IMG/VR virus record: IMGVR_UViG_3300038313_000452
Location: 1 to 45,840 of that record
From: a virus
Lineage: Duplodnaviria > Caudoviricetes
Length of the DNA stretch: 45,840 bases
Direction: 5' to 3' (one strand)
The notes under the pieces are model-generated. The model worked only from the letters and a program-made list of their open reading frames with translations, was not told the origin of the DNA and did not search any database. The translations under genes were made by a program, and so were the position numbers. Below, one piece after another: positions 28,725 through 38,825 of this stretch; within the stretch, counting starts at the first letter, position 1, and every line of letters starts with the position of its first letter.

Positions 28725-29123
28725 ATGATTACTGACGAAATGATTAAAACGGAATTCGTTCACCGGATAGTTTCGAGGGACATGAAAAGGATCTATGCCA
28801 CTCAGGCCGATGTGGTGAACACTTATCTTTCCGGAGGCACAGGCAGGTTGAAAGAGTTCCTAACATCGGCGCCATTTCAACTGGTGACTGTCAGCCAATT
28901 TGAAAAGGTTTACCACATGCGGCTGTTCAATTACCTGCGTTTTCTCGACATCAAGTATCGCCGCGGCGAACAGATGAAGCTCAGGCGTAATCTGCACCTC
29001 TATAACAGGGTCGTGTGGGGCGTGCTTAAAGGAGACACCGAACCGGACATCCTTTACGGGTTTACACAAGAAGTCAGGAAGCACATCAATGCCGAATTGG
29101 AAGAAACGCTAAAAGAAAAGTAA
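28725..29123 (+). CDS. Hypothetical virion morphogenesis protein
   Basis: 132 aa, TGRL motif, upstream of tape measure gene. Confidence 0.6.
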   Translation: MITDEMIKTEFVHRIVSRDMKRIYATQADVVNTYLSGGTGRLKEFLTSAPFQLVTVSQFEKVYHMRLFNYLRFLDIKYRRGEQMKLRRNLHLYNRVVWGVLKGDTEPDILYGFTQEVRKHINAELEETLKEK

Positions 29124-29133
29124 TAAAAAAAAC

Positions 29134-29280
29134 ATGCTTATCGTCGCATACATACTGCTTTGTTTTATCTGTGCACTTCTCTTCTGTAGAAGAAAGAAGT
29201 TCTGGTATTTGATTTTCGTCACGGTGATCAGCTTTTTTATTACTCCCGTGCTGGGGATACTTCTGCTGGGGAGGAATTGA
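29134..29280 (+). CDS. Small two-TM membrane protein (48 aa), below ORF-track cutoff
   Basis: MLIVAYILLCFICALLFCRRKKFWYLIFVTVISFFITPVLGILLLGRN*; A-rich leader; followed by terminator. Confidence 0.55.
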   Translation: MLIVAYILLCFICALLFCRRKKFWYLIFVTVISFFITPVLGILLLGRN

Positions 29281-29304
29281 TCACCCATTTTCCCCATGTT
29301 CTTG

Positions 29305-29336
29305 AGACCTGCTTCTTGCGAAGCGGGTCTTTTTTT
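29305..29336 (+). terminator. Rho-independent terminator
   Basis: AGACCTGCTTC-TTGC-GAAGCGGGTCT followed by T tract. Confidence 0.75.
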
Positions 29337-29371
29337 GTCCTTTCAGACCGTGTGCAAGCCGGATATTTTTG
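29337..29371 (+). promoter_or_regulatory. Putative late promoter GTCCTTT-N20-TATTTTTG
   Basis: Directly after a terminator, upstream of tape measure gene. Confidence 0.6.
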
Positions 29372-29396
29372 CATATGTCAGTAACATATATGCATT

Positions 29397-32300
29397 ATGG
29401 CAAAATTGAAGCAAGACGAGATTAAAACGATCTATACGCTGGAGGCCACCGAGGCGCAACAGGAGTTGCAGAAGCTAAAGAGTACCAACAAAGAGCTAAG
29501 CCGCACAATGGATGCCCGTCGCAAGGAGATGGTCAAATTAGAGGCGCAAGGGAAAAAAAATACGGCTGAATACAAGAATCTCGAGAAAGCAACCCGCGAA
29601 GATTCAAAAACATTGCGTGATAACACAAAGCTCATCCGTCAGCAAGAAGAGGCGATGGGCGTGAATTCCCTGACCATGAACCAGCTCCGCCAGAGGGCAA
29701 AATCGCTCCGGGGTGAGTTGAACAATATCTCGAAAGAGTTATCACCCGAGAGGTGGAGCGAAGTAAACAAAAAGCTGTCCGAGACAACTGGCAGGATGAA
29801 CGATCTGAGAATGAACGCTTCTCAGCTAAATAAAAATCTGGGAGCTTCTATATTTTCTCGAAACACGTTTGCTTCGTTCTGGGGCAACCTATATGCCCAG
29901 TTGGCATTAAAAATAGGGCAGTCGCTGCACAAAGTGCGTGAATTCATCTCCGAATCAACAAGGCTCGCCTCACAAGCACAGGGAATTGACCATGCCTTTA
30001 ACCGGATCGCTAACCGTGACTACCTTAAATCGCTTCGAGATCAAACAAAAGGGCTGATATCCGATTTCACGCTGATGCAGTCTTCCGTTCGAGCCGAGAA
30101 TTTTAATATCCCGCTAAACCAGCTTGGCAAAATGTTAGAATTTGCCCAGAACCGGGCGCGTGATACCGGGGAAAGCGTGGATTACCTGGTTGAGTCTATT
30201 GTGAACGGGATCGGCAGGAAGTCTCCTTTGATACTTGACAACTTAGGGATATCCACCGTCCGGTTGCAAGAAGAAGTGAAAAAAACAGGGGATTTCGCGG
30301 CTGCCGTGGGAAAAATCATCGATGAGGAGATGGCCAAGGCCGGCCCGTCAATTGACACGGCCACTGACGCGGCCACCCGCAAAAAGGTCGCATGGGAGAA
30401 CCTGATGCTCGTCACCGGGAAATTCTTCACCGGATTTAAGACAGGCTGGGACAATTTCATGACCAATTTTCTGGAAGGTGTGACCAAGATTATATCAAAA
30501 GGTGATGACGCCAAAAAAACGTATGATGACCAGATCAACAAGGTTGCCGAACTGAACAACTCCCTCGTTCCACTTATCGACCGTTATGAAAAATTGAAAA
30601 TAATCACCAGTTTAAGTGTCGAAGAGCAAACGGAGTTAAGAAATGTGATTGCCAAAATAAACGATATCGTCCCGGCAGCGGCAACGGAGTGGGATGAATA
30701 TGGGAAAGCTATCGCTTTAAACACACAGCTTGTCTGGGATTTCATAGATGCGGAAACAGCCAAACTCGAGTACATGAATCGGGACGCCATTTCAGAAGAA
30801 ACAAAAAACCTTCAGAGATATAAAGATGAATTAGAACTTGTAATACAAACACGGGAGAAAGGTACGAAAAAAAGATATCGATGGGGCACAGAAGAGGATG
30901 TGGCATTGTCGCCTGATGAGCTGAAGGCGTTAGATTCCCGTCGTGCCGAACTTAATAAAATCGTGCTTGGAGCGGAAACATATTTGAATGAAATCACAGG
31001 CAAATCAGCCAAAGAAAGAGTCAAGTTAAGACAGGAAGAACTGAATAAAGAAGTGGAATTTAATCAAATGTCGATAGATGAACTTGATAGCTATATCAAG
31101 AAATACAGTGACAAATCAGACATGTTCATTGAAATCGCACGAAGGGTATACAAGAGTCGTGTTAATGACGGATCCGAATACGAAGAAAATAATGGTGGAA
31201 AATCAAAATATGATAAAGAAATAGCGGAACTCGAGGCATATATCTCTAAAGAGAAAGCACTGATCCAACAAAAGTATATCGATGGAAAAATAAACAAAGA
31301 ACAATATGACAGGGAGTTGGAATATCTCGAGCAGGAGAAACTAAGAAAAACGCTCGAGATATCCGGGATCAGTTTTGAGCAACAAATGGAAATCGAGTTA
31401 AAGTTGCTCGAAAAGAAAAAGGAGACCCTTCAAAAAATTCAGGATATGGAGAAGGATCACTTGGACAAACTCCTCGAACTGCAGCAACAAGCCGAACAGG
31501 AAAGGATAGATCGCAATCTTGGCACCCTGAAGGCTGTCGCGGAACAGAACCAGAAAAATTGGGAAGAGGAATTTGAAAAGGAAAAAGAGAGGCGCTTAAA
31601 AGACTTGGAAATCTCCCAGGAATTCGGGATGGAGATGGGCAACTTGGTGGGTGGATTCATCGCGGATAATGACGACATGATGAAGGCGGCGGCGAAAAAC
31701 ATCGTGATGATGGGGCTCGACTTGTTGGAGACGCAGGTGCAGATGGCGGTGGCCCAAGCGGCGGGATGGTCATTCGCACAACCTGACAGTATAATGACCT
31801 TGGGTGCGGCCGGTGCTGCCAGGGCTGTTTTAATGGCAGGACTAATTAAAGGAGCCTTCACTGCTGTGAAGTCATTTATCAGCAGCAAATGGGGCGGATC
31901 AACAGAAACGAAAGATTCACCCACATCCGGGCAGCCAACACCCACGGGTAAATATATCGTCACTGGCCGGGAAGATGGTGGATTTATTGATGTTACCCGG
32001 GAACAGGATAAAAAACGGTACATCGCCAAGTTCGATCCCATGCGCCGCGGCTTCGTGAACAGGCCTACCGTGATTGTCGGGGAAGGTCCGGCAGGAAAAT
32101 CAGCGGAATGGGTGGCGAGTAATGACGCTTTGAAAAACCCTACCATCGCGCCGTTCATTAAACTGCTGGATGAGTCGCAAAAAGCAGGAACCATCCGGAC
32201 TATTGATTTAAACCATATCATGCGTGGACGTATGGCCGGTTTTGAATCAGGAGGGTTTATATCCCCGCCGCCCCAAGCCTCTCCCACTCCATCACCCGCA

Positions 32301-32474
32301 CCCGGGCAGTCAACACCCGCGGGGATGAGTAATGAAGAGCTGCAAATAATGAAAGAGGTTCGGGATCTTCTTTCAACTTTGAATAGCAAAGGTGTAAAAG
32401 CTCCTATCGTTTTATCCGAGTTTGAGCGGAAACGTGAGTTATTGGATAATTCAAGAAATATCGGGAGGAAATAA
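29397..32474 (+). CDS. Tail tape measure protein
   Basis: 1025 aa, long coiled-coil/helical character, GRKSPLILDNLGI, C-terminal P.VIVGE...EWV and GFESGG motifs. Confidence 0.85.
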   Translation: MAKLKQDEIKTIYTLEATEAQQELQKLKSTNKELSRTMDARRKEMVKLEAQGKKNTAEYKNLEKATREDSKTLRDNTKLIRQQEEAMGVNSLTMNQLRQRAKSLRGELNNISKELSPERWSEVNKKLSETTGRMNDLRMNASQLNKNLGASIFSRNTFASFWGNLYAQLALKIGQSLHKVREFISESTRLASQAQGIDHAFNRIANRDYLKSLRDQTKGLISDFTLMQSSVRAENFNIPLNQLGKMLEFAQNRARDTGESVDYLVESIVNGIGRKSPLILDNLGISTVRLQEEVKKTGDFAAAVGKIIDEEMAKAGPSIDTATDAATRKKVAWENLMLVTGKFFTGFKTGWDNFMTNFLEGVTKIISKGDDAKKTYDDQINKVAELNNSLVPLIDRYEKLKIITSLSVEEQTELRNVIAKINDIVPAAATEWDEYGKAIALNTQLVWDFIDAETAKLEYMNRDAISEETKNLQRYKDELELVIQTREKGTKKRYRWGTEEDVALSPDELKALDSRRAELNKIVLGAETYLNEITGKSAKERVKLRQEELNKEVEFNQMSIDELDSYIKKYSDKSDMFIEIARRVYKSRVNDGSEYEENNGGKSKYDKEIAELEAYISKEKALIQQKYIDGKINKEQYDRELEYLEQEKLRKTLEISGISFEQQMEIELKLLEKKKETLQKIQDMEKDHLDKLLELQQQAEQERIDRNLGTLKAVAEQNQKNWEEEFEKEKERRLKDLEISQEFGMEMGNLVGGFIADNDDMMKAAAKNIVMMGLDLLETQVQMAVAQAAGWSFAQPDSIMTLGAAGAARAVLMAGLIKGAFTAVKSFISSKWGGSTETKDSPTSGQPTPTGKYIVTGREDGGFIDVTREQDKKRYIAKFDPMRRGFVNRPTVIVGEGPAGKSAEWVASNDALKNPTIAPFIKLLDESQKAGTIRTIDLNHIMRGRMAGFESGGFISPPPQASPTPSPAPGQSTPAGMSNEELQIMKEVRDLLSTLNSKGVKAPIVLSEFERKRELLDNSRNIGRK

Positions 32475-32476
32475 TT

Positions 32477-34459
32477 ATGAAAATCACGCATCCGAGCGGA
32501 CAACCTTATGATTTATTTCCGGATACGGAAATAGAACTAACCAGGTTTAACCCATTTTTCCACGAATTGGGAGAACAAAGTGTGCCAATTTCACTACCGG
32601 CTTCCAAAAAAAATCTGGCATTACTTAACTCTCCACATCGGGGAGATAGTAAAGAAAAGCCAATTCTACGATTGGACGCCCAGATACAAACATCCACCTA
32701 TGTTGTAAAAGCAAGACAGGCAATACTGTCCGTACGCAATAAAAGTGGCATCGAAACATCGTTTTATTTAAACGAGGGAGCCTTTTACGAGAGAATTAAA
32801 AATGTTCCGCTTCAAGAAATTTTCGTGGACAAAAGCATTATTTTCCCAAGTATTACCGCAGCTATTAACTTCATGCACTCTCTAATTGTAACTGAAGACA
32901 ATCGTTTTTCGTGTTTTCAAGTTATTACAGACCAACATGTACTGAACGAGTTTTTTGGAAAACGCGCTGATGGTTTTGCTGCTTTTAGAAGGGAGGTGGA
33001 AACTGTTGATGTAATTGATGATAGAACCATAACTGTTCCTCCGGGCTTTTTTATTACTCCTTTTCCGAAAGTAAAACATATACTGCAAGAGGTCTTGGCG
33101 TATTTTGGATACATGCTTAAATCATCATTTCTTGACAACATGCCGTTTTCGAACATGTGCTTACTTAATGATAATATTGATACTATTGTAAACAATCGTA
33201 TTGATTATGTTGATATTATACCTGATATAACCGTAAGTGAATTTTTTAGTCTCTTGCGCAAGTTCAACATGGAGATTATCCCGGATGAAAAAGATAAAAC
33301 TGTAAGCATAGTTCATTTTGATGAGATGCTTACTAATCCAATAGCAGCTGACCTCAGCAACAATATTACATCAGAGATTAATTATAATTTTTCCAATGAG
33401 TACAAACAGCTAAAGTTGTCGTCGGAACATCTTCGTGTTCCCGCAGAAATATACAGTTTTAACTCAAGCCAGCGAGCTGTATCAACTAATCAGGAAATCG
33501 AGAGCATCCCGTTATCTCAAATCGTGAATAAGTTCCCAACCGCATATATCCGAAGAGAAGATAATGCCCTGATACGTAACGGGGTGTTTGGCGACAAATT
33601 TTTAACTGAAATAGTGGGAAATTTGAGCAACAGCTATTATGATGGTGGCACATTATTGCCGGAAGAAAAAACATTCCCGGATGTTATACCTGATGTGTTT
33701 TCATCATTATACGATAGCCAGTACGTTTTTATGACGTACCCTTATGTTGGTAAAGGTAGAGCATTGCACAGTACTATAGTCATGAGTGACGAAACACAGG
33801 ATCAAACCTCAGAGGCTGGAAAACTTAAACCTATGCTTTGTTTCTCTTATCGAGATGATTTTTATAAATATGATATAGGCACATTGTCGAACTATGATTG
33901 GACGGGTGTCAGGTTATGGGATTATTCTTTAACCTATAATGGTGTTGATGGAATATTTGAGAAATTTTGGAGAAAACGAGACAGTCTTCTAAGGAATGCC
34001 ATGGTAAACATGGAGGTGGAATTAATCCTCTCAGAATCAGAAAAACACGCCCTATCAGCTGTAAGCCGTGTATTGATTAAAAATCAACCCTATTTTATTT
34101 CAGAAATTAAATATACTCCGGGTAAAATAGAGCCACATCTTTGCCAGTTTTACACGGTAAATATACAGGAGCCTGCCACGTCTGCGCGAACCGAGTCGGA
34201 CTATTTTCCCGTCCGGTTATATAAATGGGAGTTAAAATCTCAAAAGAGTAACAACACTGCAAGGCACTTTAGGTATAAAACATCACGTACCACTTTCTAT
34301 CCGCCACATCCAACCACGGCTCAATATAATGCCGGTGGTAGATATTTTGAAAGAGTTTACCAAGTTGAATACGGACATTACGATCAGAACCAGAATTTCG
34401 TGAAAGAAACAGACGGGACATTGACCGTTTGGCTTGAAGCAGTATTAAATCAACATTGA
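32477..34459 (+). CDS. Tail tip/baseplate hub-like protein
   Basis: 660 aa directly after tape measure gene; N-terminal NPFF...GEQSVPISLP.S.KN pattern. Confidence 0.6.
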   Translation: MKITHPSGQPYDLFPDTEIELTRFNPFFHELGEQSVPISLPASKKNLALLNSPHRGDSKEKPILRLDAQIQTSTYVVKARQAILSVRNKSGIETSFYLNEGAFYERIKNVPLQEIFVDKSIIFPSITAAINFMHSLIVTEDNRFSCFQVITDQHVLNEFFGKRADGFAAFRREVETVDVIDDRTITVPPGFFITPFPKVKHILQEVLAYFGYMLKSSFLDNMPFSNMCLLNDNIDTIVNNRIDYVDIIPDITVSEFFSLLRKFNMEIIPDEKDKTVSIVHFDEMLTNPIAADLSNNITSEINYNFSNEYKQLKLSSEHLRVPAEIYSFNSSQRAVSTNQEIESIPLSQIVNKFPTAYIRREDNALIRNGVFGDKFLTEIVGNLSNSYYDGGTLLPEEKTFPDVIPDVFSSLYDSQYVFMTYPYVGKGRALHSTIVMSDETQDQTSEAGKLKPMLCFSYRDDFYKYDIGTLSNYDWTGVRLWDYSLTYNGVDGIFEKFWRKRDSLLRNAMVNMEVELILSESEKHALSAVSRVLIKNQPYFISEIKYTPGKIEPHLCQFYTVNIQEPATSARTESDYFPVRLYKWELKSQKSNNTARHFRYKTSRTTFYPPHPTTAQYNAGGRYFERVYQVEYGHYDQNQNFVKETDGTLTVWLEAVLNQH

Positions 34460-34465
34460 CAAAGT

Positions 34466-34500
34466 GTCCTTTCACGAACATATAAAAACCCCGAAATTTG
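34466..34500 (+). promoter_or_regulatory. Putative late promoter GTCCTTT-N20-GAAATTTG
   Basis: Upstream of lysis cassette; same spacing as the other copies. Confidence 0.6.
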
Positions 34501-34507
34501 AAAAATA

Positions 34508-34999
34508 ATGGATAGGATAACTAAACATGCAATTATGGAAGACATTGTCGACCGGTTCAAGGAACTTATATGGATGGTCTTAACGGCCATCGGATCGGTG
34601 TTGATGCCTGTGCGTGAAATACTCATACTGTTAGCCATGAGTTTCGTGTTCAATATTTTCACGGGGATTATAACTGATATCCACGTGAACAAGGCACATT
34701 TCAATTTGAAAAAAGCATTTAACGCGATCACCCAACTCACATTTTACGCGACCTGTGTTGTTTTTATTGACCATGGCTCAAAACTCATCGATGAACAGCA
34801 GATGGGCGTTACGGCTGTGAAATGGGTGACCATCATCGTGGTTTATTTTTACCTGACAAATATCTTCAAAAACGCTAAACAAGTTTATCCTGACAGCCAA
34901 GCCATCAATTTCATATACGAACTTTTGTCCACCGAATTTTTCACACGATTAAAACATATGGTGGGCATTAAAAAACAAAACAATAATGAGGAAAATTGA
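34508..34999 (+). CDS. Putative holin
   Basis: Several hydrophobic helices, charged C-terminus, overlaps endolysin start. Confidence 0.7.
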   Translation: MDRITKHAIMEDIVDRFKELIWMVLTAIGSVLMPVREILILLAMSFVFNIFTGIITDIHVNKAHFNLKKAFNAITQLTFYATCVVFIDHGSKLIDEQQMGVTAVKWVTIIVVYFYLTNIFKNAKQVYPDSQAINFIYELLSTEFFTRLKHMVGIKKQNNNEEN

Positions 35000-35384
35000 C
35001 AAAATAATCGTGCACTGCTCTGCTACCCCCGAGGGCCGGCATGTGACGGTGAAGGATATCGACCGTTGGCACCGTGACCGCGGTTTTTCGGAAATTGGAT
35101 ACCACCACGTGATTTACCTCGATGGATCCATTCACCCTGGGCGACCGGAAGAAAAAGCCGGCGCGCACACGGTTGGTCATAACACGACCAGCATCGGGGT
35201 GTGCTACATCGGCGGTGTTGATGAAAAAATGAAACCGAAAGACACGCGAACCCCGGCTCAACGTGCCGCGTTGAAAAATCTTGTTTCTGAGCTGCAGCAA
35301 CGTTTTCCCGGCGCGACAGTGCACGGGCATAATGAGTTTTCCGCGAAGGCTTGTCCCAGTTTTGACGTTCAAAAAGAATTATAA
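34986..35384 (+). CDS. N-acetylmuramoyl-L-alanine amidase endolysin (T7 lysozyme-like)
   Basis: IIVHCSAT, IGYH, GAHTVGHN..SIGVCYIGG, GHNEFSAKACPSF. Confidence 0.95.
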   Translation: MRKIDKIIVHCSATPEGRHVTVKDIDRWHRDRGFSEIGYHHVIYLDGSIHPGRPEEKAGAHTVGHNTTSIGVCYIGGVDEKMKPKDTRTPAQRAALKNLVSELQQRFPGATVHGHNEFSAKACPSFDVQKEL

Positions 35385-35388
35385 TTGA

Positions 35389-35886
35389 ATGAAACATGGT
35401 ATTATACATATTATTGTTTGCACTCTTCTTCTTGGTACTATGCTTGGCAGCTGTAGAGCGAAGAAAGACTTTGAAAGCAGCGAAACAGTTCAGACAAGAA
35501 CTGAAAGAGTTGAGCGACACGCGGACACTCTTGGAGTCGTGGAAGTGGAGAAGCGGAGAACAGACAGAAGCGGATCGGAAGTCGATCACTCATACACCCG
35601 GATCATTGAGTTCGACCGAGATGGAGGAATACAGAGCGTATCGGAATCGTGGCGGGACCGACGATCTTCGGACGTGGTTATACAAGAACGACATTCCGAA
35701 CTTGTTTCCGTAGCCGCATCGGAAAAAGAAGTGATCGAGCGGGACAGCAGCTCTGTTATCATTCACGAGACAAAACACACGACTGCCGACAGCCGGCCAG
35801 TTCAGGGATTTGAATGGGTGTGGGTCATTGTTGGAGTGATGGCTGCCGTCTTCCTTATTCTATTTTTTCGACAGAAATTAAAATAA
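35389..35886 (+). CDS. Lipoprotein with C-terminal TM helix, putative unimolecular spanin
   Basis: Lipobox-like MLGSC after a hydrophobic stretch; C-terminal WVWVIVGVMAAVFLILFF-RQKLK; follows holin and endolysin. Confidence 0.65.
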   Translation: MKHGIIHIIVCTLLLGTMLGSCRAKKDFESSETVQTRTERVERHADTLGVVEVEKRRTDRSGSEVDHSYTRIIEFDRDGGIQSVSESWRDRRSSDVVIQERHSELVSVAASEKEVIERDSSSVIIHETKHTTADSRPVQGFEWVWVIVGVMAAVFLILFFRQKLK

Positions 35887-35927
35887 CGGGAGAGCTTATT
35901 TAAGTTTTTCGTCAAAAACTAAACTAA

Positions 35928-37499
35928 ATGGTAATAATAGAGCAACCTGACGCGTTATCGATGTCGGCGAACTTGAAAAAGTTTGTCGTGTCATCCGGAA
36001 CGCAGATTTCCTTTCAACTCAAAGAAGGGGATAGCGTGCTGCTTGATGCCACCTACGAGCCGGGCATGGACGGCCGGGTGACCATCGACGTGCGGGATAT
36101 CGTCGATAGCCGGCTGGCGTACGTGATCAAGTACGATGATTTTTATGAGCAACCCGCGATCGCGAAATCATTCACGGCCATCATCGACGGCGTAGCCGTA
36201 ACTTTCCGCGCGGTCCGCGGTGGCGTGGCAGACTTGCAAGACACTTCATCCAATTGGCTTTGCGGTAATTTTCTCACGTGGCAACCGGTCAATAAGCCGG
36301 TCACTTACCACTCTCCCGAATGGCTCACGTATTACGCTCAAGAGGCGTGCAATATAATGTTGAGGGCTTCCTTCCCGGACGACACAGTTCAAATTATTAA
36401 TCTGGGTGCTTGTGAAGCCGGGAAGGCCTTCACTTTTAATGTGCAATACGCCCGCATCGCCGGTCTCCTTGGCCAGAAGTATCCCACGCACTACGACGTG
36501 CGCGCGGAAACCCTGAGCGGACTGCAACTCACATATATACAGCGTTACTTGTACAGCGAGGCGAAATCAGAACAGGAACAATGGTTTTTGTTTGAAAATT
36601 CGGTCGGCGGGCTTGACACGATCCGGGCGTACGGCGACACGGATTTTGCCGGGGAACACGAGCACAAATTGTCGGTCGTCGATGATGTTTCATCGGAATA
36701 CGACGTGGATACTTCCCGCAGTTACACGAAGAATACCGGCTACTTGGACGAATACGAACGCCGCTGGCTGCTTGATTTTTTTCCTTCGCGGCAAAAGTAT
36801 ATTTACCACCTCTCTTCGCTACGGCCCATCGTGGTCACGGGTAGCGACGTCAAGTACCAGGCATCGGATCTGCCATCCTCCTATGCCTTCACTTATCGTT
36901 TTTCAGAAGAGACAGCGTCGGTTTTGTTAAACTTGATTCGCGATGAAAACATTCCGGCTGACATAACCATACCTGACATCGATTCGCCGGATTTTATTTT
37001 ACCCCCTCGGCTATCTGAGTACCCGCGCGCTCAATTGCACGAGGGGGTAATTTTCCCTGTTTTCGATCCCAACTCGGAACAGGCACAAATAACCACCTTC
37101 GGCCGCCTGGTCGAGCGAATCACGCAGGATGTTTCGATTGCCGTCAAGGATAGACGGCTGTCGATGCAATTTAATTTCTCGAACGGGAACGCGTTCGCGA
37201 ACATGCCGTTTGAAACGACGGTCACAGTTCGCGTGTTCCGGGGATTCGATGAAATAACATCGGCTATCCCCGCGGCAAATTGGGACTGGACTCGCACGAC
37301 CACGGATCCCGTCGATGATAACGATTGGAATATCGCCCACGACCTGGCAACCTCCCAGTTGACCCTGCGTATGGATGATCAGGAAAATGATTTCGGGAAT
37401 AACATATACACCGACCGGCAATGTGTTTTCACGGTAACCGTGATCGTTCCGGACACGGGAGAAATAATTACAGAAGAACTGAGATATGCGCCTTACTAA
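35928..37499 (+). CDS. Tail/baseplate structural protein
   Basis: 523 aa; FLFENSVGGLDT pattern; in distal tail cluster. Confidence 0.6.
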   Translation: MVIIEQPDALSMSANLKKFVVSSGTQISFQLKEGDSVLLDATYEPGMDGRVTIDVRDIVDSRLAYVIKYDDFYEQPAIAKSFTAIIDGVAVTFRAVRGGVADLQDTSSNWLCGNFLTWQPVNKPVTYHSPEWLTYYAQEACNIMLRASFPDDTVQIINLGACEAGKAFTFNVQYARIAGLLGQKYPTHYDVRAETLSGLQLTYIQRYLYSEAKSEQEQWFLFENSVGGLDTIRAYGDTDFAGEHEHKLSVVDDVSSEYDVDTSRSYTKNTGYLDEYERRWLLDFFPSRQKYIYHLSSLRPIVVTGSDVKYQASDLPSSYAFTYRFSEETASVLLNLIRDENIPADITIPDIDSPDFILPPRLSEYPRAQLHEGVIFPVFDPNSEQAQITTFGRLVERITQDVSIAVKDRRLSMQFNFSNGNAFANMPFETTVTVRVFRGFDEITSAIPAANWDWTRTTTDPVDDNDWNIAHDLATSQLTLRMDDQENDFGNNIYTDRQCVFTVTVIVPDTGEIITEELRYAPY

Positions 37500-38607
37500 C
37501 GACATACTGGTAAATTACACGCCGCTGACCAAGACGTTTTCTCTACTGGTCGAGGGCGGCGCGGTTACCCAGATATACTACCCTGACCGGAATGAATTTA
37601 TCCCGGACAGGGCCATTACCCCGGTCGTGATCTACCCGCGCTGCGGCATTATCGACCCGGACAAGAAGATCCCGAACGGGCTTGTCAATAAGAGCCTGTC
37701 GTCCATTTCCTGGCGGGCCAACGGTGTGACGGTGGCCGGGAACAGCGACTACCAGGTTGACACTTCCACCGGCGACACGCGCGGCACGCTGATGGTGATG
37801 CATAACGTTCCTGCCGGAGAACAGCTCTCGCTGGAGTTCGAGGCACGGTTTTTTGATACCCGAACCGGGGACTGGTTGAAGTTTGCCGGCACGATGATGC
37901 TCAACACCAATATCGCCGCGAACGAAATCGTGTCGTTAGAGGTGGATAGCCCTACCGTCGTGGATTTCAATCCCATCAGGGACGAATCGATATATACCGT
38001 CACCCCCACCACCCGGCTGGGCGGCGCGGTGATCTCCGGATCCAACGTGAAGTATTTTCTGAAAGTATTGGAGAGCGGGAATGAACGGGAGATAGATCCC
38101 CTGAGGGATCTCGAATTCTTAAGTTTCGACAGCGACGGGAAAGCAACGTTTGACATGCGTTTCGTCCCGTCCAAAAAAAATTACAGGATCCACGCGGATT
38201 ACGTACGAGATGGCGACGCCGCTCCATCATCTCCAACAAACCGGGCCGCCCTGTTGGATATCTCCTTGCGTCGGAAATATGAGGCCTACACTATTGATAT
38301 GCGTGATTTTGGCCCGGTCCAACCGTGGCAACGCGAATATCCCGTCTCGGCCATTGTCGAGCTCAACAGTTCCGGCGAGATATTGCAAGAACCTAACAAG
38401 TTCTTCGATATCGAATATCTCTACCGCCATATCGGGATTGAGCAGCATTTTGGATACGGTAATAACGCTACCCTTAACATTCCTGAATACATGATCAGCC
38501 AAAATTCTCAGATCGTGTTGGATATCGAAGAAAAAGGCGAGCTCCGGGCACTCTCGGATAACGGTGTGATTTTGACAGATAACGGTAAAATACTTGTGTC
38601 GCAATGA
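37486..38607 (+). CDS. Tail-associated structural protein
   Basis: 373 aa beta-rich; QIYYPDRNEFIPDR..TP motif; overlapping operon. Confidence 0.6.
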   Translation: MRLTNDILVNYTPLTKTFSLLVEGGAVTQIYYPDRNEFIPDRAITPVVIYPRCGIIDPDKKIPNGLVNKSLSSISWRANGVTVAGNSDYQVDTSTGDTRGTLMVMHNVPAGEQLSLEFEARFFDTRTGDWLKFAGTMMLNTNIAANEIVSLEVDSPTVVDFNPIRDESIYTVTPTTRLGGAVISGSNVKYFLKVLESGNEREIDPLRDLEFLSFDSDGKATFDMRFVPSKKNYRIHADYVRDGDAAPSSPTNRAALLDISLRRKYEAYTIDMRDFGPVQPWQREYPVSAIVELNSSGEILQEPNKFFDIEYLYRHIGIEQHFGYGNNATLNIPEYMISQNSQIVLDIEEKGELRALSDNGVILTDNGKILVSQ

Positions 38608-38825
38608 GGTACGCGAAAATCGAGATAAAAAAACTGCCGGACAGGAATATCGCTAACCGGCGACTGGTACATGACGGTTACGTGATGATCAACGAAAAGG
38701 ATATCTCCGGGATATTGACCGGATCCTTCGAAGACGCGGTTGAGTCCCTTGGTGGAACGGTTCTTACTTCCCACGAGGCAAAAGTTGAACTTTCAAAAAA
38801 TACATATAAATGGCACAACAAATAA
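38604..38825 (+). CDS. Hypothetical protein
   Basis: 73 aa, coupled on both sides. Confidence 0.65.
   Translation: MRYAKIEIKKLPDRNIANRRLVHDGYVMINEKDISGILTGSFEDAVESLGGTVLTSHEAKVELSKNTYKWHNK

Noticed and set aside
31457-32503. 348-aa minus-strand ORF (likewise 12065-12871 and other antisense ORFs)
   Set aside because: Overlap well-supported + strand genes, no recognisable motifs
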